Made by a program: the position numbers and the translations under genes. The notes below the pieces were generated by a model. It saw nothing but the letters and a program-made list of their open reading frames with translations, did no database searches and was not told the DNA's origin. This document shows, in pieces, positions 61,890 to 64,000 of a DNA stretch of 64,000 nt. This DNA is from Macrostomum hystrix (taxonomy: Eukaryota; Animalia; Platyhelminthes). Each line of letters begins with the position of its first letter. Within the stretch, counting starts at the first letter, position 1. The DNA is taken from positions 3,224,001-3,288,000 of the forward strand of contig CATNEN010000008.1 in assembly GCA_950097015.1 (NCBI GenBank). Direction: 5' to 3'.

Positions 61890-62590
61890 TGGAAGCTACC
61901 GGTTAGGAAACTACCAGTTAGGAAGCTACCAGTTAGGAAGCTACCAGTTAGGAAGCTACCAGTTTCGAAGCTACCAGTTTCGAAGCTACCAGTTTCCTAA
62001 ACTACCGGTTAGGGGGCTACCAGTTGAGAACTACCCATTAGGAAACTACCCGTTAGGAAACTACCGGTAAGGAAGCTACGGGTTAGGAAACGACCGGTTA
62101 GGAAACTACCAGTTAGGAAGCTACCAGTTTCGAAGCTACCAGTTTCGAAGCTACCAGTTTCGAAGCTACCAGTTTCCTAAACTACCTGCTAGGGGGCTAC
62201 CAGTTAGGAAACAACCGGTTAGGGGGCTACCAGTTAGGAAACTACCGGTTAGGAAACTACCAGTTAGGAAACTACCGGTTAGGAAACTACCGGTTAGGAA
62301 ACTACCAGTTAGGAAACTACCGGTCAGGAAACTACCAGTTAGGAAACTACCGGTCAGGAAACTACCAGTTAGGAAACTACCGGTCAGGAAACTACCAGTT
62401 AGGAAACTACCGGTCAGGAAACTACCAGTTAGGAAACTACCGGTCAGGAAACTACCAGTTAGGAAACTACCGGTTAGGAAACTACCCGTTAGGAAACTAC
62501 CGGTTAGGGGGCTACCAGTTAGGAAACTACCGGTTAGGAAACTACCAGTTAGGAAACTACCCGTTAGGAAACGACCGGTTAGGAAGCTAG
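61890..62590. repeat. 15-bp minisatellite (GGAAACTACCAGTTA)n
   Basis: Direct reading; ends about 80 bp from the GTF2H1 stop codon. Confidence 0.93.
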
Positions 62591-62668
62591 CGAAAAGGAA
62601 AGAGCTGATATATATTATATATACCACACTAACTGTTCAAAAAACCGCGACCTACAGCTGACTATTGT

Positions 62669-64000
62669 TCATCGTTTTGGCTGTCGCTTATTAAGCCATT
62701 GGTCGTGCTTGGCGTAGGCGGTGTCTAACAAGACGCGCAGGTGTCTGATCGCCTCCGGTCTCCGCTGGCCCAACGGCTGCACCCGATCCGAGTCCAGCTT
62801 GGCCAGCGCAGCCCGCACTCGGGTTAGCTTGGCCTCCAGGGCAGCGCTGCTGACTGGGAAACAGGCCCAGTAGTGGCGCAGCAGCTCAGTGAGGGGTCTG
62901 GCCAGCTCCCGGACCTCCTCCGCTTCCGAATCCTGCTGACGAGCGGCCGCTAGTCGACGGCTAACAACGCCAGACAGTCGGCCGCCAACCGAGAGATCTC
63001 GCAGCGCCTCCACCGCCTCCTCCTGGGTGCAGGCCGATGAAAGGCGAAGGTCCGACCAGGCGTCCAGATGGGCGAGGCTGCGAGAGCTCGCGCGGGACAT
63101 CTGCGAATGCGGGTGCCGGACTAAGGCTGATCAGGAATGGGTGTGGGGCTAAGGCTGATCAGGAATGGGTGTGAGGCTAGGGCTGATCAGGAATGGGTGT
63201 GGGGCTAAGGCTGATCAGGAATGGGTGTGAGGCTAAGGCTGATCAGGAATGGGTGTGAGGCTAAGGCTGATCAGGAATGGGTGTGAGGCTAAGGCTGATC
63301 AGGAATGGGTGTGAGGCTAAGGCTGATCAGGAATGGGTGTGAGGCTAAGGCTGATCAGGAATGGGTGTGAGGCTAAGGCTGATCAGGAATGGGTGTGAGG
63401 CTAAGGCTGATCAGGAATGGGTGTGGGGCTAAGGCTGACACACCTGAGATTCAGGCAGGCGAGCAGGCGGAGCACCAGAACCACCCCCACCGACGTCGTC
63501 AGCGCCCGCTTGCGCGGCAGGGCCGAACAGATATCGCTCGATTCGCTCCAAAGCCAGCGCATCCGCCGCCGCCGCGTCAGTTGAGTCGCCGTCGACAAAA
63601 TCTTCGCCACCGCCAGCGTCGCCCAGATCGTCGAATCTCGTGAGCTCGCGCAGTTTGCGCCTCTTACTGGCCAACTGACCGTCTGCGGCGCTATCGTCTC
63701 CGCCGTTAGTCGCCGACGTAGTGCCATTGGCGCCGTTTGCAGTGGAGGAGGAAGCGGCGGCTGCCGCAGCTGCTGGCTCAGACTGCAGCACCATGAGCGA
63801 GTGCTGATTGCATCGCCGAATCAGCTGCTGGCCGGCGCCCAGCGGACCGCCGGTTGACGAAGAAGGGCCGAGGATGGCGCCAGTTGAAGCAGGCTCTTCG
63901 TCGCGGTACGTGTCGGCATCGGCTAGGCGGGTGAGGTCCAGGAACACGTCAGGGGTGATGCGCTCCATGACCTGACGAAACGCAGCCTCGTCTTCGGCGG
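62669..64000 (-). CDS. GTF2H1: General transcription factor IIH subunit 1 (p62), 3' part; exons >64000-63444 and 63100-62669
   Basis: VFLDLTRL, LIRRCNQHSLMVL, KRRKLRELTRFDDL, LERIERYLFGP and ELLRHYWACFPV...LEAKL...LDTAYAKHDQW match recalled p62 blocks; phase-0 GT-AG intron 63443-63101. Confidence 0.9.
63120..63437. repeat. 28-bp minisatellite (GGCTAAGGCTGATCAGGAATGGGTGTGA)n filling the GTF2H1 intron
   Basis: Occupies almost the whole 343-bp intron. Confidence 0.95.

Noticed and set aside
61860-62640. DNA transposon enclosing the 15-bp array
   Set aside because: No convincing TIR pair or TSD found.

Overview
Eukaryotic (metazoan) genomic DNA. The GC3-rich exons, polyQ/polyA tracts and minisatellite-filled introns resemble a flatworm such as Macrostomum (inference only). 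Host genes, reconstructed by hand with GT-AG sites and consistent phases: an Iroquois/Irx homeobox gene (+, 6386-8103), an 8-exon PHF21/BHC80-like gene with a degenerate PHD finger (-, 21618-28240), an NCAM/Fasciclin-2-like 5xIg+2xFN3 gene with a probable GPI anchor (+, 39035-47519), a BK/Slo1 channel with no introns across its recognisable coding region (+, to 56808) and the 3' end of TFIIH p62/GTF2H1 (-, 62669 to window end). Mobile DNA: a 5'-truncated RTE-type LINE inserted in a 16-bp satellite, a decayed I-group LINE (RT-RNaseH-CCHC), a hAT-type MITE with an 8-bp TSD and an internal minisatellite, a gypsy pol scrap, and a tyrosine-recombinase (Crypton-like) ORF about 160 bp from the NCAM-like start codon. 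More than 25 tandem-repeat arrays are present and account for most long ORFs in the track. No CRISPR array, rRNA or tRNA was recognised.
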